From NCBI GenBank assembly GCA_964016885.1, contig OZ024754.1, forward strand, positions 46,190,001 to 46,254,000: a stretch of DNA of 64,000 nt, in the 5' to 3' direction. Below are positions 42,385 to 55,934 of this stretch, in pieces. Both the position numbers and the translations under genes were made by a program. Every line of letters starts with the position of its first letter. Position 1 is the stretch's first letter. Under the pieces are notes generated by a model. It ran no database searches. It was not told the DNA's origin and was given only the letters and a program-made list of their open reading frames with translations. Source of the stretch: Eledone cirrhosa. Taxonomy: Eukaryota.

Positions 42385-43780
42385 CAAAGTTCTTTCATCA
42401 CATACCTGTGACATCATCAGTGATACTATTATGTTTCCTCCCGTTGTATTGTAATATTTACTTATTCTATAAAATAAGTAAACATTACAATCTAACCAAT
42501 GTTTCTAGACCTTCACAATGTCATCATCAGGATGTGGTGTGTTGAAGGCATATTTTTTACTGCTTCGTTTATTGTAGGTAAATGTACTTTATGAAATCTT
42601 CATCGCCGGAATTTGTTTTGGCTTTATTACTGGAATTTGAGATTTGTGGTTTATCCGTTAGAATTATACGTCATCAATCACGTGTTTATGACGTTCATAT
42701 TAGTATTGTATTGTGATATGAGCAGCGCTTCTATAATTGTTCTGTATAATGTGGATGTATTGTCTGTTAGTATTTTCCCATCCATCTTTATTTTGTTGAT
42801 TGTAGTGTAATGCATTGCAATTGTTTCTAGCTGTAAATGCACGATGAACCTTTAAGAGAGGGGAGTGTGTTGTACTTGTATGATCAGTGTAACAATTGAA
42901 ATCGTGACGTTCAACACTTTCAGTTTTACAATCAAATTTATAAATCACATTGATCATGTGAGTAGCTTGTTTTCGGGTTTATATATTTGTGGTTTGTTAC
43001 TGAGAAGGACTTTGATGTGAGTTTTTATAGTATAGTGTTAATGTTAGTGTATGGTTTGGTTTGATACATTTTATGTTAGAGTTTTTATAGTATAAGTAGT
43101 GAAAGAGTGACTCGCTGGGAAGAAAAACTTAACAACCTCCTATCAGTAACAACAATGGAGCTAAAGGCGAATAAGGTACTGCCCCCTGGAGCAGATACAA
43201 ACTATGCAGTGTGGAAATGCCTAAACAGACTAAGATCTGGTGTTGGGCGTGCAAAAGTCACTCTTGTAAAATGGGGATATTTAAAGGATGGGGATGTCGT
43301 GTGTGACTGCAGCATCGAACCACAGACTACGCAGCACCTCCTGATATGCTCCCTGCTGGAACACCACTGCACAGTATTGGATTTGACATATTTTATTGAG
43401 AAAAGACAGCAATGTGTTCAGCTGTGGCGGAACCACATCTAGCCAGGCTTTGTAACTGACACTCTTGTGGACACGATAAGAAGTGGTAGTTTATGGTTTA
43501 GTTTGATACATTTTATGTTAGAGTTAGTATAGTATTAATATTAGTATATGGTTTCGTTTCATACATTTTATGTTGCTTTAAGAGTCTTTTAATTAAATCT
43601 TTGTCCGTTCTATTATTTATATATATATTTGAATCACTTTATGTGTAAATCGTCCATTTTTAATGAGTTAGATATTTTAATGGGAGTAGTGTTTTAATTG
43701 GTATAGTGGTTTTAATGAGTGTAACTTTTTTTAAATGTACAGTGTTTTAATGAGTGCAATGTTTGAAGCAGTTGTTGCTT
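42385..43780 (-). mobile_element. Decayed Penelope-like element (GIY-YIG remnant and downstream hammerhead-like motifs)
   Basis: Minus-strand NVIYKFDC...CYTDHTSTT (GIY-YIG-like) and IIEALLISQYNTNMN (typical PLE endonuclease end) at about 42690-42960; CTGATGA..GAAA motifs follow at 42490-42533 and about 42385-42425. Confidence 0.62.
43107..43483 (+). mobile_element. 3' end of an RTE-type LINE inserted into the PLE relic
   Basis: WKCLNRLRSGVGR...KWGY...CDC...QT.QHLL.C, a non-LTR C-terminal zinc knuckle; tail ends in taagaag. Confidence 0.75.
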
Positions 43781-44421
43781 TTTCTAGTAGGATGGTCTAC
43801 TACGGACGGGAGTTGTTTCTATGTTGGCTTGGATCCCCTTTTCTTCATCTTCAGTGGTTATCGTCAAAATCTGTAGGTACGCAGAAATACACTAGACTAG
43901 TAGTCTCTAACTAGGATCCATACGAACCCAAAGGGTCCACTAAAATAATTTTGAGGTTCCTACAGCGTTTTTCAATAAGGTTTAACAGTTTTACCTGACA
44001 TCGTTCATGGCATTCTAAAGCTACTTTTCTATGTTGTTCTCTTAATAATATGTTATAGATTTTTTCTAAAATAAAATAAAATGAATCTTGGTTAATAACC
44101 GAAAGAATACGATCGCGAATGCAAACGAACGAAGATTCTTTCAAAGGGTATTTGGAGTAACATTATTTGATAGGGTGCGTAGCTCAGAGATCAGGGAGTC
44201 GCTTCAGATGGAGCTACTATAGATAACTGTAATTTATGATGTGCATATATAGATATGTGTATCTCGGGTTCAATCGGGGGTAACCACGGTAAGTAAGGTA
44301 CTCAATACGTAGTTCTAGTCATGTAGAAGAGATTTCTGTATTATATTATATATATATATATATATATTTGTGTGTGTATATATATTATATATATATTTGT
44401 ATGTATGTGTGTGTGTGTGTG

Positions 44422-44461
<40 letters not shown>

Positions 44462-44981
44462 GTGTGTGTGTTTGTGTGTAAACATCCATATCTCATCGCT
44501 GGAGACAAAACTTTATCTCTAAACATGATTCGTTCTGAGATATGAAAAATTACGTTTGAAGAAATGTTGTTCATTCGTTACCTTTCAACTCAGAAATAAG
44601 TAAATATTACACGATTACAGAAATTGGTGGAATGCCAAGCTCAACATAAATTACTGTACTTCAATTAGAAGGGCTAATACTTATATCATCCGCTCTTTCC
44701 ACTCACCTTCAATGATAATAAAACAACAACAACAGCAGCCGCCATCTTTTCTGAAGATAGATAATCAGGGATGGGATTTTCCAACCCCTTTATCCTGTTA
44801 ACTTAATTATCTCCGTGGATGAGCTTACACAGTTGGATATCCGTATAGTCTTCTGTAAAGAACAGAAGCTTGTTAATAATATATTTTTGTGATTCGAGAT
44901 TTAATGATAAAATAGTTATCCCAAGTTCTTATCTAATGAAAACAACAAAAATATTGTATTTATTACTATTATTATTATTAA

Positions 44982-45810
44982 GGGCGGTGGATTAACAGTA
45001 TCGGTAGAGGGTCGGACGCCATGCTTTGCAGCATAGAGTTACGCCCCTTTACGATCTGAGTTCAAATCCCGCCGAGGTTAACTTTGCCTTTCATCCTTAC
45101 GGGGTCGATAAAATAAAGTAATAGTCACGCACTGGGATCGATTTAATCGACTTTCCCCTCCCCCAAAATTGCTGGCCTTGTGCCTATATAAGAAACCATT
45201 ATTAAGGGCGGTGGAACGGTATATCGGTAGAGCGTCGGACAACACGCTTTGCCGCATAGAGCTACGCCTCTTTACGATTTGAGTTCCAAATCCCACCGAG
45301 CTTAACTTTGCCTTACGAGGTCGATAAGATAAAGCACCAGTAATGCACTGGAGTCGATTTAATCCCCCCCCCCCCCTTCAAATTGCTCGCCTTGTACCTA
45401 AAGTAGATACCATTATTATTATTATTACGAAGATTATTTCTAGGTGTAATTAAAAACAGCTGAAATATAATTATTTCCAGGATTGTGTGGCTTGAAGAGA
45501 ATATTATTAGATTTTTATTATAAATAAATGGCCTTCGTTAAATTATGCACCAAACACCAGCTGAATGTACAAGTGAGTCATATTATTCAATTTCTCAGGG
45601 TGGTGGATTGGCAGTAATCGGTGGAGCGTCGGACAACATGCTTTGCGGCATAGAGTTACGGCTTTTTACATTCTGAGCTCAAATCCTGCCAACGTTCGCT
45701 TTGCCTTTCATCCATACGGGGTCAATAAATAAAGTACCAGCAACACACTGGGGTCGATTTATCAAATCCCCTCGCACTACCTCATCAAATTGCTGGGCTT
45801 GTGCCACAAT
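44982..45810 (+). mobile_element. Cluster of three dominant-family SINEs
   Basis: Heads at about 44982, 45206 and 45598. Confidence 0.82.
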
Positions 45811-46165
45811 TATCAACAACTATTAAGAATAGCTGGAAACAGATTTACGATATTAAAAAATGAACTGTGTGAGGAGGAGAATATTAACAGAGAGAGCAGT
45901 GCCAAACCAATTTATTGTTACAGTCAGAATGTAGAGACCGCTACACCTGTCACTTTAATTATACAAGAATTCCTCGAGATACGCATCTAGCCACTACTCG
46001 CAGTTACTCCCATGTTTATGTTTACGTGCGAACGTTTATTTTCTCTTAGCATCCGTTATGCCCCAGTGGTTGAATTCAAATAAATACACAGAATGTCTAG
46101 GTAAATATGTATAGCACGTACATATGTATGTATGTGTGTGTGTTGTTTTTTATTCACTTTAAGTG

Positions 46166-46220
<55 letters not shown>

Positions 46221-46310
46221 CGTTAAGACCCTCTTCCTGCTATATCAAGCGTTAACCTAATATATACCTTCCATATACTGTACCAATTGTGTTGTTATTT
46301 CTGTTTACCT

Positions 46311-46339
<29 letters not shown>

Positions 46340-46341
<2 letters not shown>

Positions 46342-46528
46342 ATTATTAGAAATGTAAGCTATCGCCGTATTTTGACTAAAGAAATTAAAGAAATTATTTA
46401 GCCTGATAGTGGGGTTAAGAACCCTCGGAGAAATGGAAAAAGATGAATATTGACGTACATGTACGTCAATACTCATCTTTTTCCATTTCTCCGAGGGTTC
46501 TTAACCCCACTTACATTTCTAATAATTT
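46340..46528. repeat. Palindrome homologous to 40603-40832, with a deletion in the right arm
   Basis: Loopless centre gacgtaca|tgtacgtc at 46459/46460; shares ccctcggagaaatggaaaaagatga. Confidence 0.88.
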
Positions 46529-46816
46529 CAAATCCACTCGCTGTTTCGAAAATATTCTTACATATATATATATAAATTAGTTATAACAGTAACATATACA
46601 GGTACTTAAGTTTCGTTGGGTTATACATCCCAACTCTTTCAGCCTTTATATAAAATAAAAATGGCTACCTCATTAGATTGATTTGAGGTTTTTAGAAAAT
46701 ACTCGAGAGCCTTTCAAGGGCAGGTAATTTCGAATTATACTTAACTCGTCCTATGGACGGAGTCCTCTTACTCCTGGATATTTCTACAAAACTTGTACTA
46801 CAGTATATATATATAT

Positions 46817-46948
46817 AGTTTTAATATAGATGAGATTCTACAGGACTAGAACTGTTTCATTCTTTAGAAATCATCAGGGCCAGATTCCTGATGATTTCTA
46901 AAGAATGAAACAGTTCTAGTCCTGTAGAATCTCATCTATATTAAAACT
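46817..46948. repeat. Fold-back palindrome, 62-bp arms, with a hammerhead core next to the apex
   Basis: 46817-46878 versus 46887-46948; CTGATGA-tttctaaagaat-GAAAC-agttcta-GTC. Confidence 0.88.
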
Positions 46949-47860
46949 TTTATACTCTGCTATGTATTGAGTACCTTACTTACTGTGCTTAGCTCTGATT
47001 CAACCCGGAATAACGTATATGTGTGTGTCTGTGTGTGTACTTATATATATACACACACATACATTTTTATATGTATACTTATATACTGATATATATATTA
47101 GCAGAAAATGCAGTTTCTTAAGACGACAGTTGCATCTCTATCGCGTCAGCCACCTTGCTGACAATGCAGTTTCGCACATTAAGATCGTACTACACTTGTG
47201 ATGCCAGTTTGCACAACATATCTCTAACTTTATCTCTGACTCTCTCCCTCTTCTTCTCCCCCCCCCCCCCTCATTCTCATTTCCTCCGCCTGCGCCATTT
47301 CACATCCGTTAAAAGTCTATCAACCAACGTTAATTTGAAAATAAATTACTTTCCTCATTGTTTACTAAAGAAAATAATTAGAGACAGTGGTGGTGATGCT
47401 GGTTGGGTGTATGATGATGGTGATGTTGGCTATGGTAGTAGTGGTGGTTGTGACGGCGTCAGCTCACTCTGGTATATTATATATTCTCTAATATAATCCT
47501 ATCGTCTCCCGACCTCCCCATAATTAGAACTTTCGCTCTCTCACGTTGTTTATTCAACCATCTGTGTAGAGAATGTGGAGTAACTTAACAATCAGAAGAA
47601 ATACCATTTTATTGTCTTCTTCTTCTCCTCCACTTATTATTTTCCTCTTGTTCTGATTCTTTATTTGCTCTCCTCTTCCCCTTACACTATTTCCGTCATT
47701 ATCATAACTGTCTTCCTGTCTAACCGGATGTTTAGATACCAGCTAAGCGTGAAAAAAGAATATCGTGCATATTTTTTCCCTGGAATACAAAATAAAATAT
47801 TTTTCGGCAATCTTTTTCTCACCCCAACTCTGCTACAATTAGCACACCAATCTGTTGTCC

Positions 47861-47935
<75 letters not shown>

Positions 47936-49745
47936 ACACAACATTTTCCGTTCCTTTGAACCTGCCAGTCCTCAAGCGATGTTAAACTAGTTTGTTTAAA
48001 TGTGTTGCACATCATCGGACTAGTAGTTCTGTCTTTTGTGGTCGAAACTGCGATGTTGTCCAATTCTCAGCTGATGATGATGATAGGGTGCCCTTGTTTA
48101 TGCTGTCCATGTTTTCGTTTTCGCCGTTCGTTTTCACTGTCTTTGTGCCATATATCTTATAAACCATATCAGTCAAATTCTATCAATTTTATTGATTTCC
48201 CCTCTCCCTTTCAATTTACTGGCCTTGTGTCAAATGTAGAAAGAATTATCTATTTAACAATAGGCTAGAGGCAGTTAGAACATTTTATACGAAAGAAGTT
48301 GTAATAGTAAATACCAGGCTTAGTTAACTATGATTTTAGTTAACACATGTCTACCTTTTTAGTTTCCTATCACGATAAATTGATATGGGCGGATGAGGAA
48401 CATCTGTCATGTAAAAACTACCACATATTATCAATTGGGCGGTTTTAAGAGGCAGAACCGGTGGAAATGATCTCGTTACGTTTTGTAACAACATTTATCG
48501 AAGAGGCAGATTTTTTTTTTTTTTTTGTTGGTTTGATTTTTTTTTCTTAATAAACAGACCCGAATGAAGGGACTTATAAATATTACCAGGTGGGTAGATT
48601 TAAAGAAAGTCTGGGGTTTTAGCAGATCTATCATTTCAAGGCGGGTTTAGTTATCAAGTTAGATATCTTCACTGGTAACTATTATCTTCGATGTTGCTGA
48701 TGTATATCGGCGAAGGTAATTTTATAAATCAACAGAAAAGTTAAGACAGGATGTATGTATCAGACGACAGGTAAGAAGAGTATAGAGAGAGGGAGGGGAA
48801 TAAAGTGAGAGAGAGAGATGAGGAGGAAAGAGGGAGGGGAGAAGAGATAGTGTGTGTGTGAGAGAGAGAGTGGGAGAGTATGGAAGATAGAATCAAAGTA
48901 TGTATGTGAAAGAGAGAAAGAATGAAAGTATGTGTGTGTGAAAGAGAAAATGAAAGTATGTGTGAGAGAGAATGAAACTACGTGTGCGAGTAAGTGAGAG
49001 AGAGTGAGAGTATACAGAATATAATATACATATTAGAGTTTAGATACTTAGACAGGCAGAGATAGGTAGATAGATAGAACGATTGTTTGATTGATGGAAA
49101 AGTGTGCAGATGGGAGGAAGGAAGGGAGACAAGGGAGATAAGTAAGTAGTGAGGTGAGTAGGTAGGTATATTTTGTTATTAATGAGTTCTTTAGATTTGG
49201 GCGAAATGCCAGGAAATTGTTATGGAAGGATGTAGTTGATTAAATCTGAGTGCAATGTGATTTATTTTATCGATCACAGAAAGATGAAAGGCAATATCTT
49301 GTCTTGTCATGTCTTCTATTATAACTAGATGAGGGCGACGTCTTCTCTCTCTCTAAACAAATGGCATTCCTTTACTCTCTCTATCTATATACATATCACT
49401 CGCTTGGCGCTCCCCCTCTCTATATAAAGTGAACGACGGACGGACGGAAGAACAGACAGCGCTCTTATTATGATACAGATTACATTCTACAGCTAGAATA
49501 CCCTAAGTATGTATGGACCCGTAATTCTTGGAGTTGTTGAGGCGCCATAATGACATACAGCATTTCTTGGGCATTTAAAAAAAAACCTGGCAGAGCCCAT
49601 CTCTTCTCCAGGTCTGAACACAGCAGTTTTGTTCCAGGGAACGATCGAAATTTTGAGAGAGAGATGGTGATGATGTGAGGAAGAGATATAGAAGAACAAT
49701 CGATCCCAGTACTGGACTGGTACATTTTTTATCGATACCCTTTAG

Positions 49746-50090
49746 CAGAGGTTCTCTCATTTTTGGGGGCGACCTCCTCCCCCGCCATGTCATGCCCTCA
49801 GTGCCACCTCTCCATCCCTATTTCCAGAGAGACATGCCTTCATGCAAACTGTAAATAATATATAATAAATAAAACCGTTAATTTATCAATAATGATATAA
49901 TATATACTATGTATAAATAAATATTATATATTTTTTATTCTACTATATTTATATATAATATGTATCATTTGATATTTAATATACTATTATATCATCTCTG
50001 CCACCTCTCCACCGCCCCCTTAGGCCCCAGTGCCCCCTTGACCTTCTCAACTCTCCCCGGGGATGATAGCGCCCACTCTGAGAACCTCTG
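49746..50090. mobile_element. hAT (Charlie-like) MITE
   Basis: TIR CAGAGGTTCTC/GAGAACCTCTG; 8-bp TSD ccctttag/ccctatag. Confidence 0.82.
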
Positions 50091-50427
50091 CCCTATAGGA
50101 ATCGACTCCTGTCAGAACCTCAGAGCCGTAGGAAGGGAGACAGTTACAAAAGACTCTTGTCTTTGTCCGGGAGTGCAAACTGGCCAATTCGATATCATCG
50201 TTATGTTTTAGAGAAAAAAGACATAATATAATACATGTTTATTAATTTTTTATTAAAAAGACACTTTATATCGTTGAACCCCAGGATTTTTCACGCGACT
50301 TTAGAGTTTCTTGTAACCTAAATAATACCAATCAATATTACTATCGATTAAATTGACTAAATACCTATCCCTATCAAAGTTATGTAGCCTTGGGCCCTTG
50401 TTACATTTTATAATTATTATCATGTGT

Positions 50428-50642
50428 AGAGCGGCGGATTAGCAGTATCGGTAGAGCATCGGAGAACATGCGTTGCAGCATAGTTACGCCCCTTTACGAT
50501 CTGAGTTCAAATCCCGCCGAGGTTAGCTTTGCCTTTCATCTTTATGGTGTTGATAAAATGAAGCACCTGTAATACACTAGGGTCGATTTAATCGACTTTC
50601 CCCTCCCTCAAAATTGCTGGCCTTGTGCCTATAGTAGAAATC
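50428..50642 (+). mobile_element. Dominant SINE copy
   Basis: Core present; ataattattatcatgt flanks both sides. Confidence 0.82.
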
Positions 50643-51556
50643 ATAATTATTATCATGTAACATGATATGCATGTTTCAGAATCAGATAACCCCTCACTGA
50701 GCTCGTATCATGATAAGTATGCCTCTTGCAATGAAAGGATCACTTTACATTCAAGTTCCCTTTATTTTTTTACTATGTAAAAACAAACCTCTTTACAGCT
50801 GTATAACCTGTAAATGGAGGTGTTACAGTGAAGTTCTTACTATTTTCTATCAAAATTCTCCACTTCTTCGATAGGGTAAGTTTACTATCGGGATACTGAT
50901 AATGCATAGCATACATAGTAATATAGGATTCCTTTGCTTTCAGTTGCAAAACATTTTGTAGCAAGATGTTTTCCCTTCGATAGGGTAACTTTACTATCGG
51001 GTCACAGATAAGGCACATGCATAGCATTCATAGTAATATAAGGGGTTTTTTTGTGTGTGTGGGGGGGGGGGGTCAGTTGTAAAGCATTTAATATAATGAA
51101 TAGCTAGACCTGTCACTGGGAAGAGGGAAGGGACATTGCCCTCATACTTCTCAATGGTGCACCCTCAGATGTAACATGATATGCTTACTTCCCAAACTCC
51201 TTTAAATTATTGTAATTAGGTGGAGGCACATGGTCTAGTGGTAAGGGTGTGGGACTTACGATTGTAATGTTGTGGGTTCGATTTCTGAACTGGGTTGTGA
51301 GTTGTGTTCATTTGACATTGTATTGTATTTAGATGTATCGTAAATGTATATGAACACACACATGTGTGTATATGTATATATATATATACATGCATACATA
51401 CATACCTATGTGTGTGTTTATATATACGTATATAACTCTACCCTTATAAAATTGGCCGGGTAAAATAAAATCTATACTCTACTTTTATGTATTAAGCACT
51501 CATTCACTGAATGTCTGATTGTTTTTACACATACAACATGGCGATTATTGTGTATA

Positions 51557-52937
51557 CAATATATACTCGCGTATAGGTCGCCCCGGCAGATAGGTCGCAT
51601 GCCCACTTTTCATTTAACAAATAGGCTATTTACCAGTGACTCGCAGATAGGTCGCACTGAAATTTGGGCCGTCAAACTACTATTTTTTATGATAATTGAA
51701 ACTAATAATCTGTTAGCTTTCCATTACTTCACCGTTGCGATATATACTCCAAACCATGTTTTATTTATAAAATAAACATTAACGTCATCGAAATCTCGTC
51801 AATTCGAGATTACTGCGAGATAAAGCCTTTAAGCGCGAAAATTAACTCTTAATATAGTGAAGCAACTTGAAATAACACGTGTTTTTTAACGTTGAAAGTA
51901 TAACAGATTTTTGCGTATCAACATGGCTTCGCAAAGTAGCGAATACCGACTTTGAAGGTTTTACATGCGACGACATTCGAAATGAAAAAGAAACACAAGA
52001 TAATATTAGTGATTTATCTTCAAATGAATCAGACATATTTATTTCTGACGATGATAGTTACTTTGAAAGTGAAAGCGAAGATCTGACGGACACCATTGAA
52101 AATATTACAGCAACGTGGTTGAAAGATACAACACCAATACATGTTCACACCTGTTAATGAACTTGTAGCAAGAGTTGCCTCCCTTGTTGTGACACTCACA
52201 TCACCAATAGATCAACGCTCTCTAGACAGGAAGTAGCTGGAGTTACTTCCCGTTGGGGTGGCAGAACCCTTTTTGTGACTTCCGTCTTGAGACCCTATAA
52301 AAGGGATACTCAGAGCGATCTCTCTGTCTCATTTGCCTTTCGGCTCCTGGTCTTCTAACCTGCCTGGCCCTTCGGCCAGGCGCGTTCGTCTGGCAACCCT
52401 AACATGGCCTCTTGCGAGCTAACTTCAAAACGGTAACAAATAATTTTACTTCATTCTTTCATCTACTACTCATTGACATGTCAACTATACTGTACTGATT
52501 ATATCTGCATTTTAAAGTTTAAATTTTTGTGTTTATCCATAAAGTTATTACTTTTACACCTGTTAATTAAATAGTTTTTCATTTCATCTGTAACTGTGCA
52601 TTCGTTATAAGACAATGAAATCACATTTTAAATACCGGGTATGCATTTCTATGGATTTTAATGACGGATGGTTCGGTCAGATAGAAAAAAACGTAAACAC
52701 GACGAAGATTTAGTAAAAAATTTAAAATCAAAAAATATATGTATAAGAAGGTAGATATATGAAATTATTATGTTAAATAATAAAAAATATTAACAAAGTT
52801 ATTTTTATAAATACCCATAGTTGATTAAGTCTATGAAAAATCATTAGTCAGTCTGATGTCGATCGGATTGGTCGCACCCCAAAAATTTATGCTTATTTAT
52901 CGTTAAAAAAGTGCGACCTATGCGCGAGTATATACGG
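51557..52937. mobile_element. pogo/Tigger-like non-autonomous DNA transposon carrying a solo LTR
   Basis: TIRs tatatactcgcgtataggtcgc / gcgacctatgcgcgagtatatacgg with TA on both flanks; internal acidic DFEGF..SDDDS remnant. Confidence 0.75.
52164..52509 (+). mobile_element. Solo LTR
   Basis: TGTAGCA...TGCA ends, internal TATAAAA; homologous to 10941-11227. Confidence 0.65.
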
Positions 52938-53051
52938 TACATACATAGGTGTGGGTGGATGTGAAATTTTTTTTTTTCAAGAGAGATAACTCTAATATGA
53001 TTAGTGAAAACTTAAGTTCTTTCGTTTTCTGTACATATTTTCAATAATCTA

Positions 53052-53052
<1 letters not shown>

Positions 53053-53119
<67 letters not shown>

Positions 53120-53312
53120 ATATATATGTGTGTGTGTGTATATATATGTGTGTGTGTGTATATATGTGTGTGTGTGTGTATATATGCGCGTATGTGTGTA
53201 TATATGCGCGTGTGTGTGTATATAGATATGCGTGTGTGTGTATATATATATGTGTGTGTGTGTATATATGTGTGTGTGTGTGTGTATATATATGTGTGTG
53301 TGTGTATATATA

Positions 53313-53351
<39 letters not shown>

Positions 53352-53420
53352 ATATATATGTGTGTGTGTGTATATATGTGTGTGTGTGTGTGTATATATA
53401 TGTGTGTGTGTGTGTATATA

Positions 53421-53461
<41 letters not shown>

Positions 53462-53738
53462 ATATATATATATGTGTGTGTATATATATATGTGTATATA
53501 TATATATGTGTGTGTGTATATATATATATGTGTGTGTGTATATATATATGTGTGTGTATATATATGTGTGTGTATATATATGTGTGTGTGTATATATATA
53601 TATATGTGTATATATATATGTGTGTGTGTGTATATATGTGTGTGTATATATATATGTGTGTGTGTATATATGTGTGTGTATATATATGTGTGTGTGTATT
53701 TATGTGTGTGTGTATATATATATACATGTGTACATATA

Positions 53739-53769
<31 letters not shown>

Positions 53770-53954
53770 GTGTGTATATATATATGTGTGTGTATATATA
53801 TATGTGTGTGTGTGTATATATATATATGTGTGTGTATATATATGTGTGTGTGTGTATATATATATATGTGTGTGTATATATATATATATATGTGTGTATA
53901 TATATATATATGTGTGTGTATATATATATGTGTGTGTGTATATATATATATGTG

Positions 53955-53985
<31 letters not shown>

Positions 53986-54068
53986 ATATATATGTGTGTG
54001 TATATATATATATATATATATGTGTATATATATATATATGTGTGTGTGTGTATATATATATATATGTG

Positions 54069-54131
<63 letters not shown>

Positions 54132-54145
54132 ATATATATATATGA

Positions 54146-54207
<62 letters not shown>

Positions 54208-54215
54208 GTGTGTAT
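53053..54215. repeat. 1.16-kb compound (TA)n(TG)n microsatellite
   Basis: Read directly; almost uninterrupted alternating purine-pyrimidine sequence. Confidence 0.97.
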
Positions 54216-54226
54216 AGATATAGATA

Positions 54227-54784
54227 TCTTATATAATAAAGTTGTAGTTCCCGTCTGTTTGTTTGTTTGTTCATAGTTTTGGAGATAGACCCCCATAACC
54301 ATAAATATTCTGAAACTACATTGCCCAGGGTACTTGGATAAGTATATTTCATTTTAATCAAAAGGTTACCTGGGGGCACAAACCCCCGCTTGCCCCCTTC
54401 GATTTATATGAAATTTAAACCATAGGTAAATGACAAGAAATGATGCCTATTCACAAAATTTCAGCAAATTTCAATAATATTAAGACACCCTCATAGGGGT
54501 TAAACCCCCTAACCTCTATTATCACGGGGTTTTTCAATTAATTAAACGTAAATCAACAAAAAAGCACCTCTCTCTTATAGTAAAATTTGGCTAATTTAGA
54601 CATTTTATCTATGGCGAAACATCTCTAGAATTATGACAAAAAAATTTATTAGTTAATGCCTCTACTTTTTTAACATTTTCCCTTTATTTTTTCTACATAA
54701 ATTATATCACTGATTTAAAATCAATCATCATTTTCTTACAAAAGAAATGTGTGAAACGCAGCAAGGCGCGGGTAATTCGGCTAG
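54227..54784 (+). mobile_element. Non-autonomous Helitron
   Basis: 5' TCTTATATAATAAAG followed by (GTTT)n; 3' GC-rich segment then CTAG; inserted between A and T with no TSD. Confidence 0.72.
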
Positions 54785-54880
54785 TATATATAATGAAAAT
54801 TATTGTGCAGTGTTCAATAAATATATATATATATTATTCAAAATATTAATAAATGAAAAATATTCTCATAATCAAAATAT

Positions 54881-54945
54881 ATATTTTATTATACATATTT
54901 CAAAGGTACAATGTTGTTTAAGTACGTTTTCATCAGACAAAATAT
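54881..54945 (-). ncRNA. Minimal type-I hammerhead ribozyme
   Basis: Reverse complement reads atattttgt-CTGATGA-[aaa.gtac..gtac.ttt]-GAAA-tatgta-TA-ataaaatat. Confidence 0.72.
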
Positions 54946-55377
54946 AAGATTTGATATGTGACATACCGCTACGGTTTTGATTATTCAATTCCAGTATTGG
55001 CAGGGATTAATTTCACCAAATCTCAACGTTTTTATACCACAAATAATATGATAAAATTAAAGAAGAGAAGGTAGAAATATAGAAGGAGAATGCAAAGAAA
55101 AGGAAAGGGCAAGAAATAAACCAATAAATAAATAAATGAATAAAAGAAGAAAAGGGGTGTAAGAGAAAATAGGAATAAAAACAAAAGATAGGGAAGATGT
55201 GGGAGAATCAAGAGAAAACGAAGGGGAATAAAGAAAAACGAAGAAAAGAAAGAGGAAAGGATGAAATAGTTATATATATATATATACACAGGGTGTCCCA
55301 AAAATGTATACACACTTTCATTACATGTACAGGCAATATTTAATCGAATGCTGTTGAAGTGCGTATACATTTTTTCG

Positions 55378-55523
<146 letters not shown>

Positions 55524-55934
55524 ATAAAGGATCGTATTCATTTTATCAGTTTTTACTTTCGGTTTTTAAAGTTAAATATAATCAAACTTGTGTTTATGTG
55601 ACGTAAAAAGTAAGAACCAATTATCTTTAAAACGAAATATAAGCAGGAACAGATGTATAACTAAAATAAAGTAAACGTACAGAATAGCGACCAATGTAAG
55701 GGACGTAATTTGAAAATAAAAGTTTTTTTTCGAAATGAGTACCTATGTTAATTATATATGTGGTATATAGGTATTAACTCTATATGTGTTTTTTTACAAT
55801 AACCATGTGTATATATATAGGTGTTAACTATATATTATACTGCTTACTCTCAAAGTGACAACTTAGGCATATATGTACGTTAAAAAAAATATATACAATA
55901 TACAAGTGGAACCCGTTTCTTCTACAATAATTAC

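Noticed and set aside
53012-54379. Long ORFs of 200-455 aa (also at 13560-14182, 17069-17465, 23216-23530, 29965-30879)
   Set aside because: Translations of stop-free dinucleotide microsatellites.
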